A stretch of 34,610 nt of DNA from a virus (Duplodnaviria > Caudoviricetes), in the IMG/VR virus record IMGVR_UViG_3300048851_000188, positions 1 to 34,610 of that record; one strand, written 5' to 3'. Both the position numbers and the translations under genes were made by a program. How positions within the stretch are numbered: position 1 is the stretch's first letter; every line of letters begins with the position of its first letter. Shown here piece after piece: positions 9,397 to 18,496 of the stretch. The notes beneath the pieces are model-generated. The model was not told the origin of the DNA. It saw nothing but the letters and a program-made list of their open reading frames with translations, and made no database searches.

Positions 9397-9860
9397 AGAA
9401 GCCCGAGGGGTTGCGCCGTCTGCTGCTCGCCACCGCGCTGAAGGATCAGCCCGAGAAGCTGCAGCTGTTCATCGATCGCGGCGGCGTCACCTGTCGCCGC
9501 GGCCGCAACCTCGCCTTCACCTACGGCTACACGCTCAACGTCGTGGTCGAGGGCTATACCGGCGAGGTCGACGCACTGATGGTGCCGATCCTCGCCTGGG
9601 TAGCGGAACAGCAGCCCGACCTGCTCGACAAGCCGCCGTACAAGCCGTTCGAATTTGAATCGGAACTGCTCGACGCCAACAGCGCCGACGTCTCGATCAA
9701 CATCGAGCTGACCGAGAACGTCCTGGTCGATCGCACCGGCACGCGGGAATGGTCGACGCGGCACCTGGACGAGCCGGTTATCGCCGATGCCTTCCCCGGC
9801 GTCTGTGGTGTCTCGCTGGTCGAGGCGCTGATCGCCGAGGCGAACGACGCCACGCCATGA
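9387..9860 (+). CDS. R: Tail completion protein R
   Basis: KKP..LR, PEKL.LFID.G, Y.YTLN, W...QPDLL, I.LTE.V.V. Confidence 0.92.
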   Translation: MPVKKPEGLRRLLLATALKDQPEKLQLFIDRGGVTCRRGRNLAFTYGYTLNVVVEGYTGEVDALMVPILAWVAEQQPDLLDKPPYKPFEFESELLDANSADVSINIELTENVLVDRTGTREWSTRHLDEPVIADAFPGVCGVSLVEALIAEANDATP

Positions 9861-10525
9861 GCGACGACCTGGTCGAGATCGAGCAGCTTGCCGGCGCGCT
9901 GCTGCGCAACGTCGACGCGAACGCGCGGCGCCGGCTGCTGCGGTCGGTCGCGAAGAAGGTGCAGGCGAGCCAGCGCGCCCGCATCGCACGTCAGCAGGAT
10001 CCGGACGGGGCACCGTTCGCCCCGCGCCGCAAGCGTCCGGAACCCACGCGCGGCACCTACACGGTGCGCTTCCTCTACCCCAAGGGCGACCCGAATCCGC
10101 GCGAAGTCCTCATGAAGAGCTGGGTCTGGGATGGCCCGCTGATGACGGGCTTCGACATCGAGGCGGGCGGCATCCGATCCTTCCACCGCGATAAGGTCGA
10201 TCGCTACCTTCCGTTGGAGCCGGGAATGCAGAACGCCGCCGCCGGCAAGCTGCGCCGCAAGGGGCACATTCGCCGGGCCGCGATGTTCCGCAAACTGGCA
10301 TGCGCCCGGTATCTGCGCGCCGATGCCAGCGATACCGAGGCATGGGTCGGATTCACCGGCCAGGCGGCGCGGGTCGCCGGCATCCACCAGCACGGCCTGA
10401 TCGACAAGCCGGCCGAGAAGGCCAAGCCGGTGCGCTACGCGCGCCGCACGCTGCTTGGCTTCAGTGAGGCCGATCGCATGATGGTGCTGGATGCGCTGCT
10501 TACGTCACTGGTGGACGGCGCGTGA
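9857..10525 (+). CDS. S: Virion morphogenesis/tail completion protein S with an internal insertion
   Basis: SQRARIARQQDPDG.PF.PR, MFRKL, ARVA.IHQ.G, YARR.LLG; 222 aa, longer than the usual ~150 aa. Confidence 0.9.
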   Translation: MSDDLVEIEQLAGALLRNVDANARRRLLRSVAKKVQASQRARIARQQDPDGAPFAPRRKRPEPTRGTYTVRFLYPKGDPNPREVLMKSWVWDGPLMTGFDIEAGGIRSFHRDKVDRYLPLEPGMQNAAAGKLRRKGHIRRAAMFRKLACARYLRADASDTEAWVGFTGQAARVAGIHQHGLIDKPAEKAKPVRYARRTLLGFSEADRMMVLDALLTSLVDGA

Positions 10526-11164
10526 TCTCCTGAGTGAGCAGTTTAGCGGGGCGGGCGAACCCGAGGTAATGCAGCTTTAGAAGCCCCGCATCCTCGGAGG
10601 GGATGTAATCACGCTTGGCGGATGCTATGTTCGCCAGATCACCCTGTTGGATCGAGCAAGGGGAAGATTGAGAGTCATTTTGCACTCTCGCTCAGATGAG
10701 GGTCACCACATGTTGAGCGCACCGTTCAAAGCCATTCCTCCGGAAGATGTTATAGATCTGAGTCTTGGGCTGGATCTAAAAATCACGGTCGGGGAACATA
10801 CTATTCTGATGCAATTAAAGCCTCATCACGTGGTGGTTGATGGTCCGATACATCCTGTCCGGGCTGAGGTTCACCTGTAATCGCTGGCGGGCGACGCCAC
10901 CAAGTTTTCCGCCTTGGAGCCTGACGATTTAAAAGTGACTCGCGACGGCTCGATCTGTGGCGCCGCTTGTTACCTCCCTGATCGGAGATAATCTTTGCCT
11001 CAGAAAATTGTGGCCGTCGCGTTTCTGACGCGGCGAGACCTCGATGGGGTCGGAAGCTGTCTGGAGCGGGTTTTCCCCGTTCAGGAGTGTGGCAGCTTCG
11101 ACGCTATCGTCGCGACTCTTGATACGCTGCCTACAAGCGACAGCGCCCAAGAGCTAAACCCCGC

Positions 11165-11428
11165 TTAGGTCGCCAACTCAGAAGGGGCCGCAGGCCCTCC
11201 ATCGTCTTGCGAGCTGGCGAGTTCTATCGATCTGCGTTCTCGATCTTCTCTCAGCAGCGCCCGTTCATCGTCCGTTTGGAAGCGATTGTGCGGGTAGCTG
11301 CTCTTGACTAGCAATCTTCCGTACGCCTCGGCGAACGCCTGATGGGCAACCCGGGCTGCTCGCGACGGAGACGACTTAGCGCGGGCAAGCGATTGCTGCT
11401 CACGGCGAAGTAAATAGTTGATATCCAT
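11165..11428 (-). CDS. Small conserved hypothetical protein (sphingomonad-like)
   Basis: MDINYLLRREQQSL.RA....S.AAR.AH..FA.AY resembles small helical proteins common in Sphingomonas; start chosen at ATG 11428. Confidence 0.65.
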   Translation of the reverse strand: MDINYLLRREQQSLARAKSSPSRAARVAHQAFAEAYGRLLVKSSYPHNRFQTDDERALLREDRERRSIELASSQDDGGPAAPSELAT

Positions 11429-11805
11429 GATCTGGCTCCATTCGAGCGCGAGCACGAAACTCTCTGCCGTGCGATTGCTCAGAGCGGTGCGCACGATGGC
11501 ACATCATAGCACATTGCCCAACCAAGGCTGCACGATTTCCACTCCGTTGCCGATTTCTGGTGCGATCGCCAGGTCCGACGCACGCGATACTTGCGAGGAT
11601 AGCGGCCGCCGCCCATATAGAAGCCATCGCTCCGCTTCGTTCACGAGCAAGGATGCGACTGAGAGATGCTTGCGCTCCCGCTCTGACGCGGAGTCGGCAT
11701 GCCTAAACGTCCTCCCATTCTAGCAACTGCCTCACGTAGCTCGGACGTGGGTGCTCGCCATCAGGAGCGCTCAGCGACAGTCGCGACGCTACGGGACCGG
11801 ATCCC

Positions 11806-12027
11806 ATGTCGCGCGCGCTGAACATCGACGCGACCGTTGCAGAGGTGACGGCGATGTCGGCCAAGCACAGCGTCCAGATCAGCGCGATCGAACCGTTGCA
11901 GCCGAGCGGCACACGCGTCGTTTTCATGAACATGGAGGGTGCAGCGACTATCGCCCGAGTCTACGGCGAGCGTGTCCTCACCGGCCCAGTAACGCGTATG
12001 CCGTGGGCCTCAAGTAGGGGTGCCTAG
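11806..12027 (+). CDS. Small conserved hypothetical protein
   Basis: MSRALNI...ISAIEPL.PSGTRVV: natural globular composition, resembles a sphingomonad small-protein family. Confidence 0.7.
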   Translation: MSRALNIDATVAEVTAMSAKHSVQISAIEPLQPSGTRVVFMNMEGAATIARVYGERVLTGPVTRMPWASSRGA

Positions 12028-12458
12028 TCCGGCCTCCTGGCACCGATGCACAGGGTGCGACGTGGATTTCAAAATAATGGAAGGCTCCCGCAGAACGCTG
12101 CGGTTGGTCCAACCGCGCTCTGAAAGAAACGCCAATGTTTGACCTGCTTCATCAAATCCTCGGAAGGCACATCCCTGATCCGTCGCTCAACAGATGGGAT
12201 CGTGGCCACTTCACGAGCGTTTGTCTGCGTTGCAAGCGTGACATGACCCGGCTGCCTGGACTGCCGTGGCGCGTGGGAACGGCGGGATAGCATTCAGCAA
12301 CTGACGCAATTGAATTTTTGCCACGACATGGGGCAAAGCGGCCCACGCGGCAGCTAGGGTGGCTACAATTCGGCAGGGCCTCCCCTCCGGTAGCCCTCGC
12401 CGCACAAGGTGCAGCGCGGTATGGTTTCCGGTGGGCGACACAGTTGAGGATGCAGGTG

Positions 12459-12914
12459 ATGGCAGAGCGTTTAGTTGACGTCTTGGACAGCAATGGGCGG
12501 ATCATTCACACTTACCCCATCACGCTCGACGAATCCGGTGGACCTGCGAGCGACGCCAAATACCAGGAGAGGGCCTTGGAGGCCGCTGCGCACGGGCAGC
12601 TGGTCCCGAACGCCGAACTCCAAAGCCTCACCGCTCGGATACACATCAGTCGTGGGGGCCAGATGCATGCCTTCGGGGACCAGATAAGCAGCTCATCAGA
12701 AACAATGCTCGGCTTGGAACAAGAAGTCCGAGAACGCGCCTACTTCCTTTGGGAACAGGAAGGCCGTCCAGAAGGGCGGGCAGACGAATATTGGGCACGT
12801 GCTCTCGATGAGCATCTACGTGAGCGCGCCTACGTTTTGTGGCAACAAGAGGGGAGTGGCGAGGGCGGCGCCGCTAAGGACTGGGATCAGTTGCGCGACT
12901 TTCAAGCTCGTTAA
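12459..12914 (+). CDS. DUF2934 domain protein (one full and one partial/second repeat)
   Basis: EQEVRERAYFLWEQEGRPEGRADEYW.RA, followed by LRERAYVLWQQEG. Confidence 0.85.
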   Translation: MAERLVDVLDSNGRIIHTYPITLDESGGPASDAKYQERALEAAAHGQLVPNAELQSLTARIHISRGGQMHAFGDQISSSSETMLGLEQEVRERAYFLWEQEGRPEGRADEYWARALDEHLRERAYVLWQQEGSGEGGAAKDWDQLRDFQAR

Positions 12915-12960
12915 ACCCGTCAATGCTGGCCAGCTGCTTTCCAGCAGCGGCTGACGCAAG

Positions 12961-12986
12961 GCCAACGCCCCGACTTGGGCGTTGGC
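12961..12986. terminator. GC-rich hairpin, possible terminator at the end of accessory region 1
   Basis: GCCAACGCCC-CGACTT-GGGCGTTGGC perfect 10-bp stem; no clear U tract. Confidence 0.4.
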
Positions 12987-13013
12987 GGCCGTAGCGATTC
13001 AAGGACCATTTCC

Positions 13014-13044
13014 CGCAATCGTAGAGTCCCTCTCTACGATTGCG
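13014..13044 (+). promoter_or_regulatory. Late-promoter palindrome copy 2, upstream of J
   Basis: CGCAATCGTAGAG-TCCCT-CTCTACGATTGCG. Confidence 0.85.
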
Positions 13045-13087
13045 CCCCCCTAGTCGCTGCTGCCACCGGCCGCCGACATGGCCGGTG

Positions 13088-13957
13088 ATGTCCACCGCCG
13101 CCGCCACCAGTTCCAACGCCATCGACCTGTCGCGCCTGCCGGCGCCGACGATCGTCGAGCAGCTGACGTTCGAGCAGATCCTCGCCGAGCTGATCGCGAC
13201 CCTGCGCCCGCTGCTGCCCGGCTTCGACGCGCTGGTCGAAAGCGACCCGGTGGTGAAGCTCCTGCAGGTGGTCGCCTACCGCGAGCTGCTGCTGCGCCAG
13301 GGCTTCAACGACGCCGCCCGCCAGCTGATGGTCGCTTATGCCACCGGCCCCAACCTCGACCACCTGGCGGCACTGGTCAGCGTTGCCCGGCTGACCGACG
13401 AGGAAGATGACGAGTCCCTGCGCCAGCGTGCGGTGCTGGGTCCCGAGGGCTTCTCGGTCGCTGGCCCTGAGCTGGCCTATGTGTTCCACGCCAAGTCGGC
13501 CGACGCCGGCGTCCTCGACGCCAGCGCCATCTCCCCGGCGCCTGGTGAAGTGCGGGTCACGGTCCTGGCACGCGACGGCGACGGCGCAGCCCCGGCAGCG
13601 CTGCTTGACGCCGTCCGCAAGCGTGTGAATGCACGCGAGGTTCGCCCGCTCGGCGACCTGGTCACCGTCGCCAGCGCCGAGATCCACAACTTCGCGATCG
13701 ACGCCACGCTCTACACCTTCGCCGGGCCGGATCGCTCGCTGGTGCTGACCGCCGCGCGCGCACAGCTCGACGGATACCTTGCCGAGTGCCGGCTGCTCGG
13801 CCGCGACGTCACCATGTCCGGCCTGTACGCCGCCCTCACCGTCCCCGGCGTGCAGCGCGTCGTGCTGGCGTCGCCGGTCGCCGACATCGTCTGCGATGCC
13901 ACCCAGGCGGCCTGGTGCACCGGGATCATCATCGCGCACGGCGGCTATGACGAATAG
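13088..13957 (+). CDS. J: Baseplate assembly protein J
   Basis: IDLSRLPAP.IVE.L.FE.IL, ESDP..KLL, FSVAGP..AY.FHA.SAD, VRPL.D.VTV. Confidence 0.96.
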   Translation: MSTAAATSSNAIDLSRLPAPTIVEQLTFEQILAELIATLRPLLPGFDALVESDPVVKLLQVVAYRELLLRQGFNDAARQLMVAYATGPNLDHLAALVSVARLTDEEDDESLRQRAVLGPEGFSVAGPELAYVFHAKSADAGVLDASAISPAPGEVRVTVLARDGDGAAPAALLDAVRKRVNAREVRPLGDLVTVASAEIHNFAIDATLYTFAGPDRSLVLTAARAQLDGYLAECRLLGRDVTMSGLYAALTVPGVQRVVLASPVADIVCDATQAAWCTGIIIAHGGYDE

Positions 13958-14597
13958 CCTGCTGCCGCCCAACGCTACCCGGCTCGAACGTGCGGTTGAA
14001 GCGGCGACCGCGCGCATCGGTGACGTGCCCGTCCCGATCGACCAGCTATGGGATCCGGCGACGCTCGCGGCCGATCTGCTGCCTTGGTTGGGCTGGGCGT
14101 TGTCGGTCGACAACTGGGATCCCGACTGGACCGACGCCGAGAAGCGCCGAGCCATCGCCGAATCGATCGCGCTGCACCGGATCAAGGGCACGCGCGCGTC
14201 CGTCGAGACGGTCCTGAGCCGCTTCGACGATCTGGTCGAGTTGGTCGAGTGGCACCAGGCGATCCCGCGCGCGGTTCCGCACACCTTCGAGATCCGCCTG
14301 CCGATTGCCCGCGAAGGCATCGTGCCCGGCGGCCGCCGCGCTACCGCCGCCTTCGCCGAGGCCATCGTGCGCGACGTTGCGCGGGTGAAGCCCACCCGCG
14401 AGCACTTCATCCTCGCCCAGACGCTCGCGCTCACCAGCGCGGTCGGCATCCAGGGTGCCGGTCGCCTGGTGGACGTGCGCCGCGCCGATGCCACCCCCGA
14501 CTTCGACACTTCGCCCGCCTGGAACTTCTATCTTCAGACCGAAGATGGGGAGCCGCTCCAAGACAACGCCGGCGCCTTTCTGGACACCGCCCCATGA
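13947..14597 (+). CDS. I: Tail/baseplate protein I
   Basis: SLLPPNAT.LE, LWDP, LLPWL.WALSVD.W, HR.KGT. Confidence 0.95.
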   Translation: MTNSLLPPNATRLERAVEAATARIGDVPVPIDQLWDPATLAADLLPWLGWALSVDNWDPDWTDAEKRRAIAESIALHRIKGTRASVETVLSRFDDLVELVEWHQAIPRAVPHTFEIRLPIAREGIVPGGRRATAAFAEAIVRDVARVKPTREHFILAQTLALTSAVGIQGAGRLVDVRRADATPDFDTSPAWNFYLQTEDGEPLQDNAGAFLDTAP

Positions 14598-15778
14598 GCA
14601 AGCTCATCCTCGTCATCACCCAGGCCGGCCAGGCGCGGTTCACCGCCGCGCAGCTCGGCGACGCGATCGACCTGAAGGTCGCCCGCGTCGGGCTCACTGC
14701 ACAGCCCTTTGTGGCCGCGCCCACGCTTACCCGGCTGCCGGGACAGTTCCGCAGCGTCGACACGGTCTCTGGCGAGGCAGCCGGCGACAACGTCGTGCAC
14801 ATGGTGCTGCGCGACGCAGAGCCCATCGCCTATACCGTCCGCGGCTTCGGGCTGTTCCTCGCAGATGGCACGCTGCTCGCCGCCTATTGCCACGACGCAC
14901 CGCTGTTCGAAAAGTCGACCGCGAGCGAGATGCACCTGGCGCTCGACATCGCCTTTCCGACCGACCAGGTGGCCGCACTCAGCTTCGGTGACACCAACTT
15001 CCTCAACCCGCCGGCCACCACCGAGACCAAGGGCGTGGCCGAGCTGGCGACGCAGGCCGAGGTAGACGCCGGCGACGATACGGCACGGATCGTCACGCCA
15101 CGAACGCTGGGCCAGCGGCTTCTCGCGATCACCAACGCCATCTTCGGCCGCCGCATCAACACCGCAGGCCTGGCGATTGGCGGCGGCGATCTTTCGGCCG
15201 ACCGTACCATCACCGTCCCGGCTGCCAGCGCCGCCGAAGCGGATGCGGGCACGCTCGCCACCAAGGCGCTGACGCCTGCCAGCATCACCAACGTCCTCGC
15301 GTCTATTCTCACGCGCGTGCCGCTCACCCGCCGCATCGACACCGACGGTCTTGCGCTCGGCGGCGGCACCTTGGTCACCGACAAGACCATCTCTGTACCG
15401 CCGGCGACGGTTGCCCAGCTGCTCGCGGCTAGCGCAGGGAACGTCGCGGTCACGCCGGCCGCGTTCGGCGGGCTCGCCAAATTGTTCGACACCTCGGGCT
15501 ACTACACCCTGCCTGGCGGGCTCATCGTGCAGTGGGTGACCTATCGCGCGCTACTCGCCGACGAACCGAGTGTGTCTGTGGCATACCCCATTGCATTCCC
15601 CAACGGATGCCTCTTTGCCATGACGTGCCCGTACATCTCGGCGGCAAGTCAGGCGCGGGACGGGTGGACCCAGATCGTAGGCAATCCCGGCGCCGCCTCC
15701 TGCCTCATTCAGGTACAGGCGGACGACCAGAACGACCGCCGTATCGACGGCATCAACCTCCTCGTCATCGGACGCTGA
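14594..15778 (+). CDS. H: Tail fibre protein (gpH-like)
   Basis: N-terminal IT.AG baseplate-anchor domain, AT....G...LAT.AE...G...VTP repeats, two GL..GGG.L..D.TI repeats, C-terminal GY..LPGGLI.QW...YPIAFP domain. Confidence 0.88.
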   Translation: MSKLILVITQAGQARFTAAQLGDAIDLKVARVGLTAQPFVAAPTLTRLPGQFRSVDTVSGEAAGDNVVHMVLRDAEPIAYTVRGFGLFLADGTLLAAYCHDAPLFEKSTASEMHLALDIAFPTDQVAALSFGDTNFLNPPATTETKGVAELATQAEVDAGDDTARIVTPRTLGQRLLAITNAIFGRRINTAGLAIGGGDLSADRTITVPAASAAEADAGTLATKALTPASITNVLASILTRVPLTRRIDTDGLALGGGTLVTDKTISVPPATVAQLLAASAGNVAVTPAAFGGLAKLFDTSGYYTLPGGLIVQWVTYRALLADEPSVSVAYPIAFPNGCLFAMTCPYISAASQARDGWTQIVGNPGAASCLIQVQADDQNDRRIDGINLLVIGR

Positions 15779-15780
15779 CC

Positions 15781-17889
15781 ATGGCCAAGATTTCTGAACT
15801 CCCGGACCTCGTTGCTCCCACGGGCCTTGAGCATGTACCGGTCGTCGACGAACAGGGCGTGACCCGCCGCGCGCTCGTCGGCGCGCTCGCCGGCGCCGCT
15901 GCCCTCGCCACGATCGACGAGGCTGCCGAGGCCGCGGTCCAGCGCTTCGACGACTACAACCGGGGACCCGCCGGACCAGCCAACAACACGCATGCGACGG
16001 TCGCGTCGCTCAGGAAGGCCGATCCGAACAACCTTTCCGCATTCCTGACGCAGCGCGGCCGGGAGGGCTCTTTCACCTGGGAGAGCGGGGACCACAGCGC
16101 GGAAGTGGCGGCCGATCCACTCGGCGCCGTGTGGATCACTCGCGAAAGCGATCCGACCGGCAAGACCGGAGCGTGGAGGCGCGCAGATCGCCGCCCCAGC
16201 GCCTTCGCCTATGGCTCCCTTCAGGACGCCGCGATGGCAGTCGAGAGGCAGGGCCTCCGCTCCCTCTACATCCCCGCAGCAACCGAGGCGTCGATCCCCG
16301 TCACCTCCACCATCACCCTCAAGACCCCAGGCGTCCGGATCTCCGGCGATCTTGGCGGAAGCTACAACCGTGGCGCGGGCAAAGGCGGGTGGCTCGAAGC
16401 CGCCGCCGGGATCGGGTGCGTGTTCGATTTGGGCGCGTCGCGCACCTACTCAGGGCCGAGCGACAACGGGGCCGACAACTGGCAGGTCGACGGCATTAGC
16501 ATCCGTCAGGCCGCAGGTGTTCCGGTCCGCTCGGTCGACGGCATCAGATTCTCTTCGCGCACGGACGGTCCCGATCGCGGTGCGATCCTTCGGAGCGTCT
16601 CTATCCGGGGAATGAAAGACGCGATCACCGTCGAAAATCCCGACCTCTCGACGAACCTCGCGTCGCTGTCGCTGGATGGCTGCGTCATCATCGGCAACGA
16701 GTCTATCCTCAATGCCAAAGGCCGCCTGCTTGGCCTTTCCATGACGAACTGCCAGCTGGAGCAGAACGCGGGGAAGGCTGGCACCGACGAGGGCGTCATC
16801 AAGGGATCGGTCGACGGACCGGTGTTTATCTGCACCAACATGCTGGAGGGGCAGAACAACTTCCTCGACATCCGGGTGCCTGCGACCTTCGGCAACAGCC
16901 CGAAGGTGATAGTGGCGTTCAACTACTATGAGGCCAATGGTGGTGACTACGTCCACCGCTTCGCGTGCTCGACCTCACGCGGGCACCTCACCATCGGCCC
17001 GAACTACACCCATAACATTACCGCCAAGGATTACGTCGTGCTCACCGGGGCGGGCACCTCCTTCGTCGACGTCTACGACGACTTTCCGGTCACGTTCGAC
17101 AACAGCGCCATCACGCTAAAGTATGGCAGCAACATCCTCCGCAATCGTCAGACCGGCTACAAGGTCCGTCGCCTGGGCAGCACGGCCGGGGCCAAGTCTC
17201 CCGAAGTCATCATCGCTGACTACCACAACCTGCGCGAAAACAGCGGGAACCCCCACGTTCATGCGGTCGCAACCGCGGGCACTGTGATGTCGACGCCAAT
17301 CGGCGAGCGTACGTGCGCCACGCTCGGCTCCCAGCTGATCGGCATCCAGGTCCCGGTGGCTATTGGCGACCTCATCGAAGTGAATATCTTCATGCGCGCC
17401 GAGCAGGTGGTCGAAGGCAACTTCCTGGTGAACCTGTACGCCGACGACGGCGTAACCCCGGTCTTCCAGTGGACACAGTCGGCCATCCCGCTGGAACTGG
17501 CCGGCAGGTGGGCGCTCGTCAGCATCACCGGACTGGCGCAAGCTGCGTCGACCCGCCTGCGTCTCGGGATGCGGGGTCTTTCCGGCACCTTCGACTTCGC
17601 GATTGCCGGAGCCAGCGCCCGCAACCACGGCGCACACGTCAACGACGGTTCGGCGTTCAAGCTGGTCCGCCCGGTGATGCCGCGCATGATCGCCGCAGAA
17701 CAGAGCGGCTGGACAGCCGGCACCGGCACTCCGCTCAAGGGAGCGTTTGCTGCTTTCGCCGGATTTGCCGCGGGCGAGGCCTATATGCCCCAGCAACTGC
17801 AAAAGGTTGCGGACGCGTCCAGCGAGAGTTCCCGCAGGCTTCTTGCCATCGAGCAGGCGCTTAGGGCCGCAGGCATCGTCCTCGACTGA
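15781..17889 (+). CDS. Second receptor-binding protein, probable tailspike with beta-helix depolymerase-like core
   Basis: ATG 15781 MAKISELP; LYIPA..., TITL..PGV.I.G and Asn/Gly/Ile-rich rung-like segments typical of pectin-lyase-like beta-helices; C-terminal beta-sandwich-like region. Confidence 0.75.
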   Translation: MAKISELPDLVAPTGLEHVPVVDEQGVTRRALVGALAGAAALATIDEAAEAAVQRFDDYNRGPAGPANNTHATVASLRKADPNNLSAFLTQRGREGSFTWESGDHSAEVAADPLGAVWITRESDPTGKTGAWRRADRRPSAFAYGSLQDAAMAVERQGLRSLYIPAATEASIPVTSTITLKTPGVRISGDLGGSYNRGAGKGGWLEAAAGIGCVFDLGASRTYSGPSDNGADNWQVDGISIRQAAGVPVRSVDGIRFSSRTDGPDRGAILRSVSIRGMKDAITVENPDLSTNLASLSLDGCVIIGNESILNAKGRLLGLSMTNCQLEQNAGKAGTDEGVIKGSVDGPVFICTNMLEGQNNFLDIRVPATFGNSPKVIVAFNYYEANGGDYVHRFACSTSRGHLTIGPNYTHNITAKDYVVLTGAGTSFVDVYDDFPVTFDNSAITLKYGSNILRNRQTGYKVRRLGSTAGAKSPEVIIADYHNLRENSGNPHVHAVATAGTVMSTPIGERTCATLGSQLIGIQVPVAIGDLIEVNIFMRAEQVVEGNFLVNLYADDGVTPVFQWTQSAIPLELAGRWALVSITGLAQAASTRLRLGMRGLSGTFDFAIAGASARNHGAHVNDGSAFKLVRPVMPRMIAAEQSGWTAGTGTPLKGAFAAFAGFAAGEAYMPQQLQKVADASSESSRRLLAIEQALRAAGIVLD

Positions 17890-17902
17890 TCCGGAGGAGC
17901 AC

Positions 17903-17935
17903 GCGCAATCGTAGAGTGCGTCTCTACGATTGCGC
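17903..17935 (+). promoter_or_regulatory. Late-promoter palindrome copy 3, upstream of V
   Basis: GCGCAATCGTAGAG-TGCGT-CTCTACGATTGCGC. Confidence 0.85.
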
Positions 17936-17974
17936 CCCCCGTGACGCCGCTGCCGGGCCGCGCATGGTCGCAGC

Positions 17975-18496
17975 ATGGCCGAACCTGTCGACACTCCCCG
18001 CCTGATCGGCGACCTGCTGCGCGAAGGCGTCGTAATCGAACGCGTCGGTGCGACGTGCCGTGTCGCCATCGGCGATATCGAAAGCGGCCCCCTGCCGTGG
18101 CTGTCTGGCCGTGCGGGCGAGGCCACGATCTGGTCGCCGCCGAGCCCGGGCGAACAGGTGCTGGTGCTTTCACCGGAGGGCGATCTTGCCCGCGGCATCC
18201 TCCTGCCCGGCATCTTCTCCGACGCGCACCCGGCACCCGGCGGCGACACCACCCACATCGCTTTCGCAGACGGTAGCTGGATCGGATACGATCCTGGCGC
18301 TGGCGAAGCGATGGTCACCGTGGGCGACGGCACTGGCCTGACGATCGCGCCCGGCAAGATCCGGATCAACTGCGACGTCGAGATCACCGGCAAGCTGACC
18401 GCCACCGACGACGTCGTCGGCGCCGGCAAGAGCCTGAAGGAGCACGTCCACACCAAGGTGCAGGCCGGCGCCGCCATCTCGGGTCCGCCGCAATGA
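17975..18496 (+). CDS. V: Baseplate spike protein V
   Basis: LPWL..RAG....WSPPS.GEQV.VLSP.GD; C-terminal SL..HVH iron-binding motif. Confidence 0.95.
   Translation: MAEPVDTPRLIGDLLREGVVIERVGATCRVAIGDIESGPLPWLSGRAGEATIWSPPSPGEQVLVLSPEGDLARGILLPGIFSDAHPAPGGDTTHIAFADGSWIGYDPGAGEAMVTVGDGTGLTIAPGKIRINCDVEITGKLTATDDVVGAGKSLKEHVHTKVQAGAAISGPPQ

Noticed and set aside
10500-11160. Short ORFs 10500-10685 -, 10647-10880 +, 10929-11150 -
   Set aside because: No recognisable motif or ribosome site; may be a decayed gene, but neither strand could be supported.
14594-17889. Tail-fibre diversification by DGR or invertase
   Set aside because: No reverse transcriptase, template/variable repeat pair, serine invertase or inverted fibre segment found.
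3924-17935. Palindromic repeats considered as CRISPR repeats or IS/MITE ends
   Set aside because: Copies are kilobases apart, with no spacers, cas genes or transposase; their positions match late promoters.
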